NCBI GenBank assembly: GCA_038238095.1
Contig: JBBRXZ010000001.1
Coordinates: forward strand, 1-55,961
Reading direction: 5' to 3'
Length of the DNA stretch: 55,961 bases
Source: Candidatus Saccharimonadales bacterium
GTDB lineage: Bacteria; Patescibacteriota; Saccharimonadia; Saccharimonadales; UBA4665
The position numbers and the translations under genes were made by a program. Below the pieces are notes generated by a model. That model did no database searches and was not told the origin of the DNA. It saw nothing but the letters and a program-made list of their open reading frames with translations. Shown one piece after another: positions 16,351 to 26,877 of the stretch (positions are counted from its first letter, which is position 1; the number at the start of each line of letters is the position of its first letter).

Positions 16351-18143
16351 AACACCTGAAGATTTTTCCTTTATCACACCGGGCTAAAGCCGAGATCAGT
16401 ATTCCGGGGTCTAAAAGTTATACTAACCGGGCGTTGCTGATCGCCGCAATGACGTTTCAGCCGGTAAAAATTATTAATCCTCTGATTAGCTATGACACCG
16501 AAGCCATGATTGCTTGCCTTAAAAAATTAGGCATCAAAATTAAAGCTCAGCCTAATGCCATAAAGGTGATTGGTGATATTCGTGATGTGGCAGATAGAGA
16601 TTATAATTTGGATGCCGATCTATCCGGAATAACTATGAGATTTATGCTGTCATTGTCGTCTGTTATTCCGGGCCGCCAAACCATTGGGGGTAAGGCAGGC
16701 CTCAATAAACGTCCGATAGGTGAAATTATCAAAGCGCTTAGGCAGTTAGGCGCCAGCATTAAATACCTCGATAAAGAGGGTTATCCGCGCGCAAGGGTTG
16801 AATCTTCTGGTCTTTCAGAAGGCACTATTACGATGAGCGGCTCCGAAAGCAGCCAATACTTATCGGCAATGCTAATGATATCACCCCTGTTAGGTAAGAT
16901 AAATATTGAAGTCATTGGGGAGCTGGGTTCCAAACCCTACGTAGACATGACAATTGATGTCATGAAGCAATTCGGGGTTAAGGTAGTTAATAAGAACTAT
17001 GGAAGATTTATTATAGGAGGCGATGCCGACTACATCGCGTCCGACTACATAGTGGAGGGAGACGTATCGAGTGCTTCTTACTTTTTTGCTATAGCGGCAC
17101 TCACCGGCTCAATTTTCACTCTAAAAAATATCAACCCTGAATCTCTGCAAGCCGATATGGGGTTCCTCAAAATTTTAGAAAACATGGGCAATAAAGTGAC
17201 TGCCGGAAAAACAGAGATAACCATAGAAGGTAAAGGAATCAAACCGGTCAATATAAACATGCAGGATTGCCCTGATCAAGCCCAGACTTTGGCTGTGTTA
17301 GCAGCCTTCGCTAACGGTACAACTACCATAAAAGGCATCCAGTCACTCAGAATTAAAGAAACCGAGCGCGTGAAAGCCTTGGAGCAGGAACTCCAAAAAA
17401 TAGGCATTAAGACGTCTTCTACGCCAGGCACTTTAGTAATCTATGGCGGCAACCCACAAGCGGCAAGCATCAATACTTACGGCGACCATCGTATGGCAAT
17501 GTCATTTGCGATAGCTGGTTCAAAGCTTTCGGGTATGGTTATAGAAAACCCGGACGTTGTAGCTAAAACCTTTCCGGAATTCTGGAAAAAGTTAGCGGAA
17601 ACCGGGATTAAAACACAGCTAATCACGCCAAATATAGTCCTGATTGGCATGAGAGGCAGCGGCAAAACCACGGTCGCGCAACTACTGGCCCAAAAATTAA
17701 CCCTGAAGCACCTTGATTTAGATCAAGCCATGGTTAATAGACTCGGCTTAAGCACACCGGAAATTGTAAATAAACATGGTTGGGATTATTTCCGCGACCA
17801 GGAATCAACCATTGCGTTAGAGCTTTCTAAAGCAGAAAATACGGTCATATCAACCGGTGGTGGCGTCGTGCTAAAGAGTAAAAATATTAAAGCTTTGAAA
17901 GAAAACGGTATACTAATATGGCTACGTACACCTGCGCATGTACTCATGGACAGGATTGAAGATTCTGCAGATAGGCCGCCATTAACCAGCGCCACAACGT
18001 TATCTGAAGAAGTAGAACAAGTCTTAAATGAACGCCGAGTATTATACGAAGCGGCCGCTGATGTCATAATTGACACTGGCGACTTAACCCCCGAACAAGT
18101 TGCTGATAAAATTATTGTGGAACTTGAAAGGAATGCTAAATGA
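16347..18143 (+). CDS. aroA-aroK: Fused EPSP synthase / shikimate kinase
   Basis: N-terminal IPGSKSYTNRALLIAA...DHRMAMSFA (AroA, about 430 aa), then IVLIGMRGSGKTTVAQLLA...ISTGGG (shikimate kinase). Confidence 0.85.
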   Translation: MKHLKIFPLSHRAKAEISIPGSKSYTNRALLIAAMTFQPVKIINPLISYDTEAMIACLKKLGIKIKAQPNAIKVIGDIRDVADRDYNLDADLSGITMRFMLSLSSVIPGRQTIGGKAGLNKRPIGEIIKALRQLGASIKYLDKEGYPRARVESSGLSEGTITMSGSESSQYLSAMLMISPLLGKINIEVIGELGSKPYVDMTIDVMKQFGVKVVNKNYGRFIIGGDADYIASDYIVEGDVSSASYFFAIAALTGSIFTLKNINPESLQADMGFLKILENMGNKVTAGKTEITIEGKGIKPVNINMQDCPDQAQTLAVLAAFANGTTTIKGIQSLRIKETERVKALEQELQKIGIKTSSTPGTLVIYGGNPQAASINTYGDHRMAMSFAIAGSKLSGMVIENPDVVAKTFPEFWKKLAETGIKTQLITPNIVLIGMRGSGKTTVAQLLAQKLTLKHLDLDQAMVNRLGLSTPEIVNKHGWDYFRDQESTIALELSKAENTVISTGGGVVLKSKNIKALKENGILIWLRTPAHVLMDRIEDSADRPPLTSATTLSEEVEQVLNERRVLYEAAADVIIDTGDLTPEQVADKIIVELERNAK

Positions 18144-18982
18144 GACTTACTGCAAAAACCAAAATTTGTATGGTAATCGGCGATCCTGTGGAACATTCAC
18201 TTGGACCGCAAAAGTATAATACCGTCTATGAGAAACTGGGCATTGATAATGAATATGTCTACGTAGCCTGCAAGGTCAACATTACAGATATAGCTGATTG
18301 TATACGTGGCGTAAGGGCTATGGGCATAAGAGGTATAGGCTGTACGATGCCCCACAAAATTGAAGTTATAAAATACTTGGACAAGCTGGATCCGATAGCC
18401 GAAAAAATTGGTGCGGTAAACACTGTGGTTAATGATAGCGGTGTTCTTACAGGTCATAATACTGATTGGTTAGGTGCGGTCATTCCGCTTGAGCGCCTCA
18501 CTTCTCTAAATGGTAAAAATGTCGCTCTTCTAGGTGCCGGAGGCGCGGCCCGGGCGATTGTTTATGGCCTGGCCAGTCGTGGCGCAAACGTGACGATATA
18601 CAATCGAACGTTCCAGAAAGCCGAGGAGTTAGCAAAAGAAACCGGTACAAAAGTTGGTTCATCCGAGACATTGAAAGACATACAAGGTATGGATATTATT
18701 ATTAATGCCACGTCGGTGGGAATGCAGCCTAATGAAGACGCGACACCATTAGACCAGAAATATATTACAAATAGGCATATAGTCCTAGATGCGGTCTATG
18801 TACCTTATGAAACCCGATTGCTGCAGGAAGCTAAAAAATGCAATGCCCGGATCATACATGGCACTGAAATGTTGCTGCATCAGGGCATTGCCCAGTTTAA
18901 GCTATACACAGGCCATGATGTGCCCGAAGATATGATGAGAGACGTCATATTACAATTCTTGCCGCCTTCAAGGAAAAACTGA
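18140..18982 (+). CDS. aroE: Shikimate dehydrogenase
   Basis: IGDPVEHSLGPQ, GCTMPHK, NTDWLG, LGAGGAARA. Confidence 0.85.
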   Translation: MRLTAKTKICMVIGDPVEHSLGPQKYNTVYEKLGIDNEYVYVACKVNITDIADCIRGVRAMGIRGIGCTMPHKIEVIKYLDKLDPIAEKIGAVNTVVNDSGVLTGHNTDWLGAVIPLERLTSLNGKNVALLGAGGAARAIVYGLASRGANVTIYNRTFQKAEELAKETGTKVGSSETLKDIQGMDIIINATSVGMQPNEDATPLDQKYITNRHIVLDAVYVPYETRLLQEAKKCNARIIHGTEMLLHQGIAQFKLYTGHDVPEDMMRDVILQFLPPSRKN

Positions 18983-19662
18983 TGTCACCTAAATATTGTC
19001 TGCCGATTATAAAAAGCCAAAAATCCGAAGTATTGGAAGATATTGACTCTAGCCAGAACGAATACAGTTATTTTGAAGTGTGGCTGGATTATATTGATGA
19101 CCTGGACGAGGCTTTTATAAGACAGCTGGTTGAACTTTTACACGACAAATTAATTTTGTTATTCCGCAGGCAGAATCTGGAAACTATAAAAATGAGCCTG
19201 GAACAACGATTTACCATTCTTGATTTGCTTAAAGATGCTGAAACGCTGATCGATCTAGATGTAAGTGTTCAGGCAGATGAGCTGGATCATATAAAGAAGA
19301 ATGACTTATCGATCAAAACCATAGCTTCCTATCATAACTACCACGAGACACCGGCCACGGCACAGTTTAAAACAATTATTGGTATAATGGAGAGGTATCA
19401 GCCGAGCATTTATAAACTCGCCACATTGTGCAACAGTCACGATGACGCTTTAAGGCTTTTGGCACAATTACTTGAGCTCAAATCTCAGGGTAAGCGCGTG
19501 ATTATTGTTGGTATGGGTAATAATGGTATGGCTACCAGGATTCTTGGAACTTTGTGGGGTAATGAAATGGCTTTTGCCCCCAAGTCCATAGCAGAACAAT
19601 CAGCGCCAGGTCAGCTAACCAGAAATCAGCTGGAAACAATACTAACGGAGTTAAGGGGTTAA
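18982..19662 (+). CDS. aroD: 3-dehydroquinate dehydratase, type I
   Basis: FEVWLDY (the usual E-x-R-x-D reads E-x-W-x-D here), SYHNYHETP, lysine in SIYKLATL. Position between aroE and aroC. Confidence 0.7.
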   Translation: MSPKYCLPIIKSQKSEVLEDIDSSQNEYSYFEVWLDYIDDLDEAFIRQLVELLHDKLILLFRRQNLETIKMSLEQRFTILDLLKDAETLIDLDVSVQADELDHIKKNDLSIKTIASYHNYHETPATAQFKTIIGIMERYQPSIYKLATLCNSHDDALRLLAQLLELKSQGKRVIIVGMGNNGMATRILGTLWGNEMAFAPKSIAEQSAPGQLTRNQLETILTELRG

Positions 19663-19667
19663 ATATT

Positions 19668-20753
19668 ATGGCCGGTAGCACGTTCGGACAGTTATTTCGA
19701 GTCACCACCTTCGGCGAATCACACGGTGGGGCTGTTGGCGTGGTCGTAGATGGCTGTCCACCCGGCTTAAGCATATCCGAGACCGAAATCCAAAAAGAGC
19801 TCGACAGACGAAAACCCGGCCAAAGCAGTATTACTACCCCTCGTAAGGAGCAAGATTTAATTCATATTCTATCCGGTGTGTCAGATGGCCTCACAACTGG
19901 AATGCCTATATCGCTGCAGGCCTATAATAAAGATGTAAAAAGTGAAGACTACCTGGAGCTGAAGGACCTATACCGGCCCGGGCACGCCGACTATACATTT
20001 ACAAAAAAGTACGGTCTAAGAGATTGGAAAGGCAGCGGCCGCGCCTCAGCCCGCGAAACTCTTGCCCGGGTGGCAGCCGGAGCAATTGCCAAAAAATATC
20101 TCAGGGAAAAGCTGGGCATAGAATTTATCAGCTACGTCGAACAAGTCGGTGACATTAAAACCTCTATTGACTTCGGCTCAGTCACTACCGAAGCTATTGA
20201 AGCCAATATAGTACGCTGCCCAGACCCAGAAGCAGCCAAGGAAATGATCAAATTGATTGAAAAAGTCCGCGATGAAGGAGACTCTGTTGGCGGCGTTGTC
20301 CGCGGCGTAATAAAAGGTGCACCGATCGGTCTAGGCGAGCCGGTTTTCGATAAGTTACCGGCCGACTTAGCCAAAGCAATGATGAGCATCAACGCCGTCA
20401 AAGGTTTTGAAATAGGCTCAGGTTTTGCCGGCGTATCCTTACGTGGGAGCCAGCATAATGACGAATTTTACATAGACAATCAGAAACAAGTAAGGACACG
20501 GACAAATTATGCCGGCGGGACGCTGGGCGGAATCTCCAATGGCGAAACGATTTATTTCCGGGTTGCCATAAAACCTGTTTCCACCATCAGCAAGCAACAA
20601 AACACTGTTAATACTCAGAATGAAGAAATGGAATTAGAAGCCAAAGGCCGGCATGACCCCTGTGTGTTACCCCGGGCCATCCCGATTGTCGATGCCATGG
20701 CCGCACTAGTCATTATGGATCACTACTTACGTGACAAGGCGCAGAATTCATGA
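19668..20753 (+). CDS. aroC: Chorismate synthase
   Basis: [34 protein letters not shown]. Confidence 0.9.
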   Translation: MAGSTFGQLFRVTTFGESHGGAVGVVVDGCPPGLSISETEIQKELDRRKPGQSSITTPRKEQDLIHILSGVSDGLTTGMPISLQAYNKDVKSEDYLELKDLYRPGHADYTFTKKYGLRDWKGSGRASARETLARVAAGAIAKKYLREKLGIEFISYVEQVGDIKTSIDFGSVTTEAIEANIVRCPDPEAAKEMIKLIEKVRDEGDSVGGVVRGVIKGAPIGLGEPVFDKLPADLAKAMMSINAVKGFEIGSGFAGVSLRGSQHNDEFYIDNQKQVRTRTNYAGGTLGGISNGETIYFRVAIKPVSTISKQQNTVNTQNEEMELEAKGRHDPCVLPRAIPIVDAMAALVIMDHYLRDKAQNS

Positions 20754-21055
20754 CAACCGATATTATCGATATTAAGAAGCATGCGAAAATGCAGGAGCTA
20801 CGCGACATGATTGATTCCTTAGATGCCGAGCTGCTGCAGTTATTGGCCAAACGAATAGATGTCATTAAACAAGCTGGCTCTTATAAAAAAATTCATGATT
20901 TACCGGAACTGGACGAAGACCGTTGGCAGCAAGTCCTAAAGACGCGCTTGGAGCAAGCCGAGCGTTTAAAGCTGCCACCAGAATTCGTGACTGATTTACT
21001 GGAACTAATCCATTCCTACACCTTGAAGATCGAAACGGACATTAAAAGGCAATAA
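20750..21055 (+). CDS. Chorismate mutase (AroQ class)
   Basis: About 100-aa all-helical protein. [22 protein letters not shown] resembles the CM_2 N-terminal helix. Pathway context. Confidence 0.7.
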   Translation: MTTDIIDIKKHAKMQELRDMIDSLDAELLQLLAKRIDVIKQAGSYKKIHDLPELDEDRWQQVLKTRLEQAERLKLPPEFVTDLLELIHSYTLKIETDIKRQ

Positions 21056-21056
21056 T

Positions 21057-22388
21057 ATGCAGCGGGTCAGCATAATAGGTTTCGGCCGGTTTGGGAAGAC
21101 ACTTTACCGGCTGCTTAAAGATGATTTTGCGATTACCCTATACAACCGCAGCGAGGTTAACGTTGACTCAGCTCAAATTACTAAAAATACAAAGATTTCC
21201 AAAAATCTCAGCGAGGTTTATGCCAGTGACATCATTTTTTATGCTGTGCCGATTTCTCAATTTGAACCTGTTATTGCCGACCATACACAGTATTTCGAGC
21301 CAAGACATCTCCTAATTGATGTTCTGTCGGTAAAACTGCACCCCGCTAAAGTCTTCAAAAAATATTTATCAGGCAGCCAAACCCAGGCATTGCTTACACA
21401 CCCGATGTTTGGGCCCGATAGCAGTCAGGAGGGCTTTGATGGACTGCCAATCATAATTGATAAATTCAAAACAGATGATAAGACATACGGGTTTTGGAAA
21501 GAATATTTTGCATCTAAGCAATTGCGGATTATAGAAATGCCGGCCGCTGAACACGATAAGATGGCAGCTAACTCCCAGGGCGTAACTCATTTCTTAGGCA
21601 GGCTGCTGGACGAATATAAATTTGACGAGACGCCGATTGATACTTTAGGGGCTCAAAAATTATTGGAGATAAAAAGACAAACCGTAAATGATACGTGGCA
21701 ACTGTTTAATGATCTGCAGCATTATAATCCTCATACCAAGGAAATGCGCCTGGAGCTGGGTAAAGCTTATGATAAAGTCTACAATAAATTGCTGCCAGCT
21801 CAAGTTAACCCGGACCACCTAACCATAGGTATTCAAGGTGGCAAAGGCAGTTTCAATGAAGAAGCTGTATTGTATTGGCTAGACCGCTCCGGCATCACTA
21901 ATTACAAACTTGAATATCTTTATACGTCCGAGAAAGTACTGGCCGCTTTACATGCCGGCAACATCGACCGCGGCCAGTTTGCCATCCATAACTCCGTGGG
22001 CGGGATAGTTGAAGAGAGCGTCGAAGCGATGGCTAAATACAAGTTCACGATTGTAGAAGAGTTTGCCATTAAAATTGCCCACGCACTAATGATCCGCAAT
22101 GATGCAGAATATGGCGAAATAACGGAGGTAATGGCTCACCCTCAAGTATTCGCCCAGTGTAAAAATACCCTGCCCCAGAAATACCCGCACCTTAAGCTAA
22201 CTTCAGGTGAAGGCGAATTGATTGACCATGCCAACGTTGCCAAACACTTAGCAGCGCACAAACTGCCAAAAAATGTCGCCACCATGGGCAGCAAAGTCCT
22301 AGCCGAACTCTACGACCTCAAAATTGTTGAAAACAACCTCCAGGACGCCCAGGAAAACTACACCAGCTTCCTTCTCGTCAGCCGCTAG
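21057..22388 (+). CDS. tyrA-pheA: Fused prephenate dehydrogenase (N-terminal) / prephenate dehydratase (C-terminal), no ACT domain
   Basis: N-terminal Rossmann IIGFGRFGKT and THPMFGP. C-terminal IQGGKGSFNEEA...AHPQVFAQC...NYTSFLLV (PDT domain, with TSF in the TRF position). Confidence 0.7.
   Translation: MQRVSIIGFGRFGKTLYRLLKDDFAITLYNRSEVNVDSAQITKNTKISKNLSEVYASDIIFYAVPISQFEPVIADHTQYFEPRHLLIDVLSVKLHPAKVFKKYLSGSQTQALLTHPMFGPDSSQEGFDGLPIIIDKFKTDDKTYGFWKEYFASKQLRIIEMPAAEHDKMAANSQGVTHFLGRLLDEYKFDETPIDTLGAQKLLEIKRQTVNDTWQLFNDLQHYNPHTKEMRLELGKAYDKVYNKLLPAQVNPDHLTIGIQGGKGSFNEEAVLYWLDRSGITNYKLEYLYTSEKVLAALHAGNIDRGQFAIHNSVGGIVEESVEAMAKYKFTIVEEFAIKIAHALMIRNDAEYGEITEVMAHPQVFAQCKNTLPQKYPHLKLTSGEGELIDHANVAKHLAAHKLPKNVATMGSKVLAELYDLKIVENNLQDAQENYTSFLLVSR
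22335..22387 (+). repeat. Direct repeat copy 1: the authentic 3' end of tyrA-pheA (53 bp)
   Basis: aacctccaggacgcccaggaaaactacaccagcttccttctcgtcagccgcta differs at 3 of 53 positions from 23793..23845. Confidence 0.85.
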
Positions 22389-22409
22389 ATATGTTCACAG
22401 CCGAAAATT

Positions 22410-23105
22410 TTACTCCTCTTCACTTATGGCCAGTTTTAATAAAAATACTGTTTCGTCCCTGAGCTTGGCGCGCGCCCAATCTTTTTGGGCATCATTCAGA
22501 AATTCACCCAGCCCATCAAGGATGTGTTTATTGTCCATTTTTTCGAGCAGCGCAATGCATTTTAACAATACTTCTTTGAGTGGCATATCGGCTCGCTGCT
22601 CGACAATGACTCGATTTATTGCCCAGCCTTGCTTAAAGAAGCTGTAGACATCAAAAACATCGCGGCTGGTCTTGCCAATTCGCTCAACCATCGCCATCAG
22701 CTTGTTGGCGAACATGTCCTCTTTAGTCATGACCAACATGGATATGCCGAGGAGATTCTTAACCTCATATTTAGAACCGAAATTACGGCGATTGACCTCA
22801 ACTTTTATTTTTTGCGCTCCGGGTGTGTACGAAACTACGCCCAATAAACTAAAATGTTTAGCTCTCGCATACTCTACTGTTCCATAGGCAGAAATAATTT
22901 TTTGAAGTTTATCGAACACCTCTGCCTCTTTACTCGTATCCAACAGATCAAAATCCAAATCAACCGATCGACGATTGAGACCATAAAACAAAAGCGCTGC
23001 CGTACCACCCTTAAAGCCAAGACATGAGGCGATCGAAGTATCTGTATAGATGTCTTTAAGTATCTGAAGCAGTATACTTTTATGCTTGGCGTAGTCTGAT
23101 GTCAT
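22410..23105 (-). CDS. AbiEii/AbiGii-family nucleotidyltransferase toxin
   Basis: FKGGTAALLFYGLNRRSVDLDFD is characteristic of AbiEii. 4-nt overlap with the upstream AbiEi-like gene. Confidence 0.8.
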   Translation of the reverse strand: MTSDYAKHKSILLQILKDIYTDTSIASCLGFKGGTAALLFYGLNRRSVDLDFDLLDTSKEAEVFDKLQKIISAYGTVEYARAKHFSLLGVVSYTPGAQKIKVEVNRRNFGSKYEVKNLLGISMLVMTKEDMFANKLMAMVERIGKTSRDVFDVYSFFKQGWAINRVIVEQRADMPLKEVLLKCIALLEKMDNKHILDGLGEFLNDAQKDWARAKLRDETVFLLKLAISEEE

Positions 23106-23704
23106 GTGGCAATACCACTTTTGTAATGCTTAAAGTACCCCTTGGCTTGTTTAACCAGCCTTTGATTGTTATAAACCGGCAATATTTCGAAAATTTTATT
23201 CCAATCCAAGCTATCTAGATTATCAAAGTGATAGTCTTTGCTCACATACAACCTATCTAAAAAGGCTCTTTCCTTAGTTGCCCTAGCATACTCACCTTGA
23301 TGTTCTACTCCTGTAGTGTCGCTTAGGACGTAGTTTTTCATCCGAATGAAAGATATCTTTTGGCCGTCTACTTGGATGTCTCGATTAATATATGACGCTA
23401 CGAAAATAGTACTATAATACTGAAAGTTAATACCTTGTTCAGTTAAAACGGTTTCAAAACTTATATAAGCCGGCGTATATATCCGGGCAGCGAGTTCAAA
23501 GCGATTGTAGTTTTTATCTTTAGCATAAAAACCGCGCCGAGCCCTCACAAGTTTTCCGGCCTTTGCGTAGCTATTTAAGCGGTTACTGACTGTGTCCTCT
23601 CTTGTTTCGCCCCACAACAAAGCCACGTCTTTGGTAGAAAAGACGGTTTTAGGAGAACGTAACAAGGTCTCCAAATATTCACCTTTGGTGGGCTTTTTAT
23701 CCAT
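23102..23704 (-). CDS. AbiEi-family (type IV TA) antitoxin / transcriptional regulator
   Basis: N-terminal winged-HTH-like VFSTKDVALLW...LNSYAKAGKLVRARRGFY, then PAYISFETVL. Paired with the AbiEii gene. Confidence 0.75.
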   Translation of the reverse strand: MDKKPTKGEYLETLLRSPKTVFSTKDVALLWGETREDTVSNRLNSYAKAGKLVRARRGFYAKDKNYNRFELAARIYTPAYISFETVLTEQGINFQYYSTIFVASYINRDIQVDGQKISFIRMKNYVLSDTTGVEHQGEYARATKERAFLDRLYVSKDYHFDNLDSLDWNKIFEILPVYNNQRLVKQAKGYFKHYKSGIAT

Positions 23705-23709
23705 ATTAT

Positions 23710-23742
23710 GACTGGAAGATACTTTTAAGCTGATCTCCAGTC
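23710..23742. promoter_or_regulatory. Inverted repeat directly upstream of the AbiEi start (candidate operator)
   Basis: gactggaagat-N12-atctccagtc; the arms match except for a 1-nt indel. Confidence 0.3.
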
Positions 23743-23792
23743 CACATTTTAATACATCTCCCGCCTTTATGCAACATAAAATACCCGACGAT

Positions 23793-23845
23793 AACCTCCA
23801 AGACCCCCAGGAAAACTACACCAGCTTCCTCCTCGTCAGCCGCTA
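23793..23845 (+). repeat. Direct repeat copy 2: orphan duplicate of the tyrA-pheA 3' end including a stop codon
   Basis: Encodes NLQDPQENYTSFLLVSR-stop, against NLQDAQENYTSFLLVSR-stop at the real gene end. Confidence 0.85.
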
Positions 23846-23889
23846 AGCTCCCAGAAAACATTTGGTCTCTATGCTATGATGAAAAAGTT

Positions 23890-24798
23890 ATGACAGACAA
23901 AAGATACAAGATAGGCGTTATCGGTGGTGGAGCTGTCGGACTGATCTATTCGGCATGCTTATCAAATAGTGCAGATGTGATAGTGAAAACACGTCAGCAA
24001 GCACAGGCAGTAAAAATTAAAAACGCCGGTCTCAGCCTGTTTCAGGATGGGGTTGAGGAGAACTTTACCGGCATTGATGCATCTTCTGACCCAACTGCTC
24101 TCCAAGATTGTGATGTGATAATCTTTGCTGTTAAAAATTACGATACAGCGACAGCAGCTAAAGAGGTTGCACGCTTTCTGAAGTCCGATGCTGAAGTTGT
24201 GTCACTTCAAAACGGTCTGGGAGCCACTGAGATTCTGCAGTCAACTATTCCAAATCCAGCTCGCATATTTACAGGTGTTACATATATCGGCGGTACCAGA
24301 ATAGATGGTAGAAGCGTGAAGCTGGGCAACAATCGCAAAACCGTGATAGATAGTAATGCGACAAGGCTTATATCAGCTTTAGACCGAACCAAATACGGCG
24401 TGGAGTCCTCGACACATATTCAACAAGCCGTGTGGGATAAGATGGCTCTCAATACTGCTCAAAATGCGCTTAGCGCAGTCACAGGCTTTAATCTTGGGGA
24501 AATGTTAAAGTCAGAGTACTGCCTTGATATAGCTGGTAAATTACTCACCGAGTTCGAACAAGTAGCAAATGCTGAGGGTATCGATTTTGATTACACCCTT
24601 ATGGAAAAACTGAAAGATAACTGGCAGATGTCGAGCTTCTACCCTTCAATGTGGCAAGACTTGCATAAGGTCAACCGCACCGAAGTCGATGCTATTAATG
24701 GCGCGCTGGTTGTGTTGGGCAAGAAACACGATATACCTACGCCCTATAACGATATGCTTACATCTTTAATCAAGATTCTTGAAAAGAAGCCATCTTAA
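23890..24798 (+). CDS. panE: 2-dehydropantoate 2-reductase (ApbA/PanE family)
   Basis: N-terminal IGVIGGGAVG Rossmann, WDKMALN, size 302 aa. Confidence 0.65.
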   Translation: MTDKRYKIGVIGGGAVGLIYSACLSNSADVIVKTRQQAQAVKIKNAGLSLFQDGVEENFTGIDASSDPTALQDCDVIIFAVKNYDTATAAKEVARFLKSDAEVVSLQNGLGATEILQSTIPNPARIFTGVTYIGGTRIDGRSVKLGNNRKTVIDSNATRLISALDRTKYGVESSTHIQQAVWDKMALNTAQNALSAVTGFNLGEMLKSEYCLDIAGKLLTEFEQVANAEGIDFDYTLMEKLKDNWQMSSFYPSMWQDLHKVNRTEVDAINGALVVLGKKHDIPTPYNDMLTSLIKILEKKPS

Positions 24799-24857
24799 AT
24801 TCTTAATAACCTCTTAAAGACAGGCCATATCTGATAATATAAGGTGTAGCTTAGTTT

Positions 24858-26873
24858 ATGAATAAAGCAGAATTAGACAATTTATGTATTAATACCATCC
24901 GGATGCTTTCGGCGGATGCTGTGGAGAAAGCTAAGTCTGGGCATCCGGGGTTGCCTATGGGGGCGGCGGCTTTTGCATACACGCTATGGATGAAGCATCT
25001 GCGGTTCAATCCGAAAAATCCGGACTGGCTGAACCGTGACCGCTTTGTGCTGTCGGCCGGGCATGGCTCGATGCTGCTTTACAGTTTACTGCATTTAACA
25101 GGCTATGACTTGCCACTTGGCGAACTAAAGCAATTTCGTCAATGGGGCAGCAAAACACCCGGGCATCCGGAGCATTATTTAACTCCTGGGGTAGAGACGA
25201 CGACCGGACCGCTTGGCCAGGGCTTTGCCAACGGTGTCGGTATGGCTCTGGCCGAAAGGTTTTTGGCTGACCGCTACAATACCACAGACCATAAAATTAT
25301 TGATTATTCTATTTACGTTATCGTATCTGACGGCGATTTGATGGAAGGTATTTCGGCCGAGGCAGCTTCGTTTGCCGGGGGCGTTAAACTTGGCAAGTTA
25401 ATTTACTTTTACGACAGTAATCATATTTCGATTGAAGGCTCTACAGATTTAACATTCTGCGAAAACGTAAGGGCGAGGTTTGAGGCATACGGTTGGCACA
25501 CCGAGGTCGTGGAGGATGGCAATGACATTGCTGCCGTTGATAAGGCTATCTCGGCAGCTAAAAAAGACGACCGCCCATCGCTGCTGATAATGCGTACCCA
25601 CATCGGTTTTGGCAGTCCTAATAAGCATGATGACGCTAGTGCCCATGGATCACCGCTTGGTGAAGATGAGTTAATCGCTACCAAGAAAAACCTCGGCTGG
25701 CCGCTAGAACCAATGTTCTATATACCGGAAGAAGCTTTGTCGCATATGAGGACAGCAGTAGATAAAGGCTCTGAGCTCGAACAGGATTGGAATGAGCAGT
25801 TCACGGCTTACAAAAGAGCTGAGCCGGAGTTGGCTGCAGAATTAACCAGCCGTCTTAAAGGTGAGCTCCCGACAGGCTGGCAGAATGACCTGCCGATTTT
25901 TTCTCCTAAAGACGGAGAACTGGCTACCAGGGAAGCCTCCGGAGCCGTTATGAATGCAATTGCCTCCAAACTGCCACTTTTCGTAGGCGGTTCGGCTGAC
26001 CTGGGTCCTTCCAATAGTACGCATTTAAAGGATTTCGGCGATATTACCTGCGACCACTGGGAGCCAAGCGCTCGCAATCTACATTTTGGCGTCCGCGAGC
26101 ACGCCATGGGGGGAATAACTAACGGGCTGGCCATATCCAAGGTAATAATTCCGTTTGCGGCCACTTTTTTGATCTTTTCCGATTATATGCGGGCTTCAAT
26201 CCGGTTAGCAGCCATCATGCGCCTTAAAGTGGTTTTCATTTTTACCCATGATTCAATTGGCCAGGGCGAGGATGGTACGACTCATCAGCCCGTGGAACAC
26301 CTGGCCTCGCTTCGGGCCATGCCAGGCTTGACCGTCATCCGGCCATCAGATGCTAATGAGACTGTTGAAGCCTGGAAGCAAGCTCTTATCTCGAAGGAGG
26401 GGCCGACGGCGCTTATTTTAACCCGTCAGAAATTACCTGTCATCGACCGGTCAAAATATGCTGCGGCAAGCAATCTTAGCTTTGGAGCGTACGTGATTAA
26501 AGACTGCGCCGACAAGCCCGACATTCTTTTAATTGCTACTGGTTCTGAAGTGTCGGTTGCCCTTGACGCAGCTGAGCATCTGGCCGTTATGAATGTAAGC
26601 GCCCGGGTTATTTCAATGCCAAGCACCGAGCTTTTTGAAAAGCAAAGCCAGGATTATAAAAATACCGTTTTGTCACCCGCAGTTTCAGCGCGTCTGGTAA
26701 TAGAAGCGGCGTCATCTTTTGGCTGGGCAAAGTATGCCGGCGCAAAAGGCGATATAATAAGCATAGACAAATTTGGCGAGTCTGCTCCAGGGTCGGTCAT
26801 GATGGAAAAATTTGGCTTCACGCCGGCAAACGTCGTAAAACGAGCGCTTAAATTAATCGGTAGAAAGTCTTAA
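24858..26873 (+). CDS. tkt: Transketolase
   Basis: [43 protein letters not shown]. Confidence 0.9.
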   Translation: MNKAELDNLCINTIRMLSADAVEKAKSGHPGLPMGAAAFAYTLWMKHLRFNPKNPDWLNRDRFVLSAGHGSMLLYSLLHLTGYDLPLGELKQFRQWGSKTPGHPEHYLTPGVETTTGPLGQGFANGVGMALAERFLADRYNTTDHKIIDYSIYVIVSDGDLMEGISAEAASFAGGVKLGKLIYFYDSNHISIEGSTDLTFCENVRARFEAYGWHTEVVEDGNDIAAVDKAISAAKKDDRPSLLIMRTHIGFGSPNKHDDASAHGSPLGEDELIATKKNLGWPLEPMFYIPEEALSHMRTAVDKGSELEQDWNEQFTAYKRAEPELAAELTSRLKGELPTGWQNDLPIFSPKDGELATREASGAVMNAIASKLPLFVGGSADLGPSNSTHLKDFGDITCDHWEPSARNLHFGVREHAMGGITNGLAISKVIIPFAATFLIFSDYMRASIRLAAIMRLKVVFIFTHDSIGQGEDGTTHQPVEHLASLRAMPGLTVIRPSDANETVEAWKQALISKEGPTALILTRQKLPVIDRSKYAAASNLSFGAYVIKDCADKPDILLIATGSEVSVALDAAEHLAVMNVSARVISMPSTELFEKQSQDYKNTVLSPAVSARLVIEAASSFGWAKYAGAKGDIISIDKFGESAPGSVMMEKFGFTPANVVKRALKLIGRKS

Positions 26874-26877
26874 TAAT

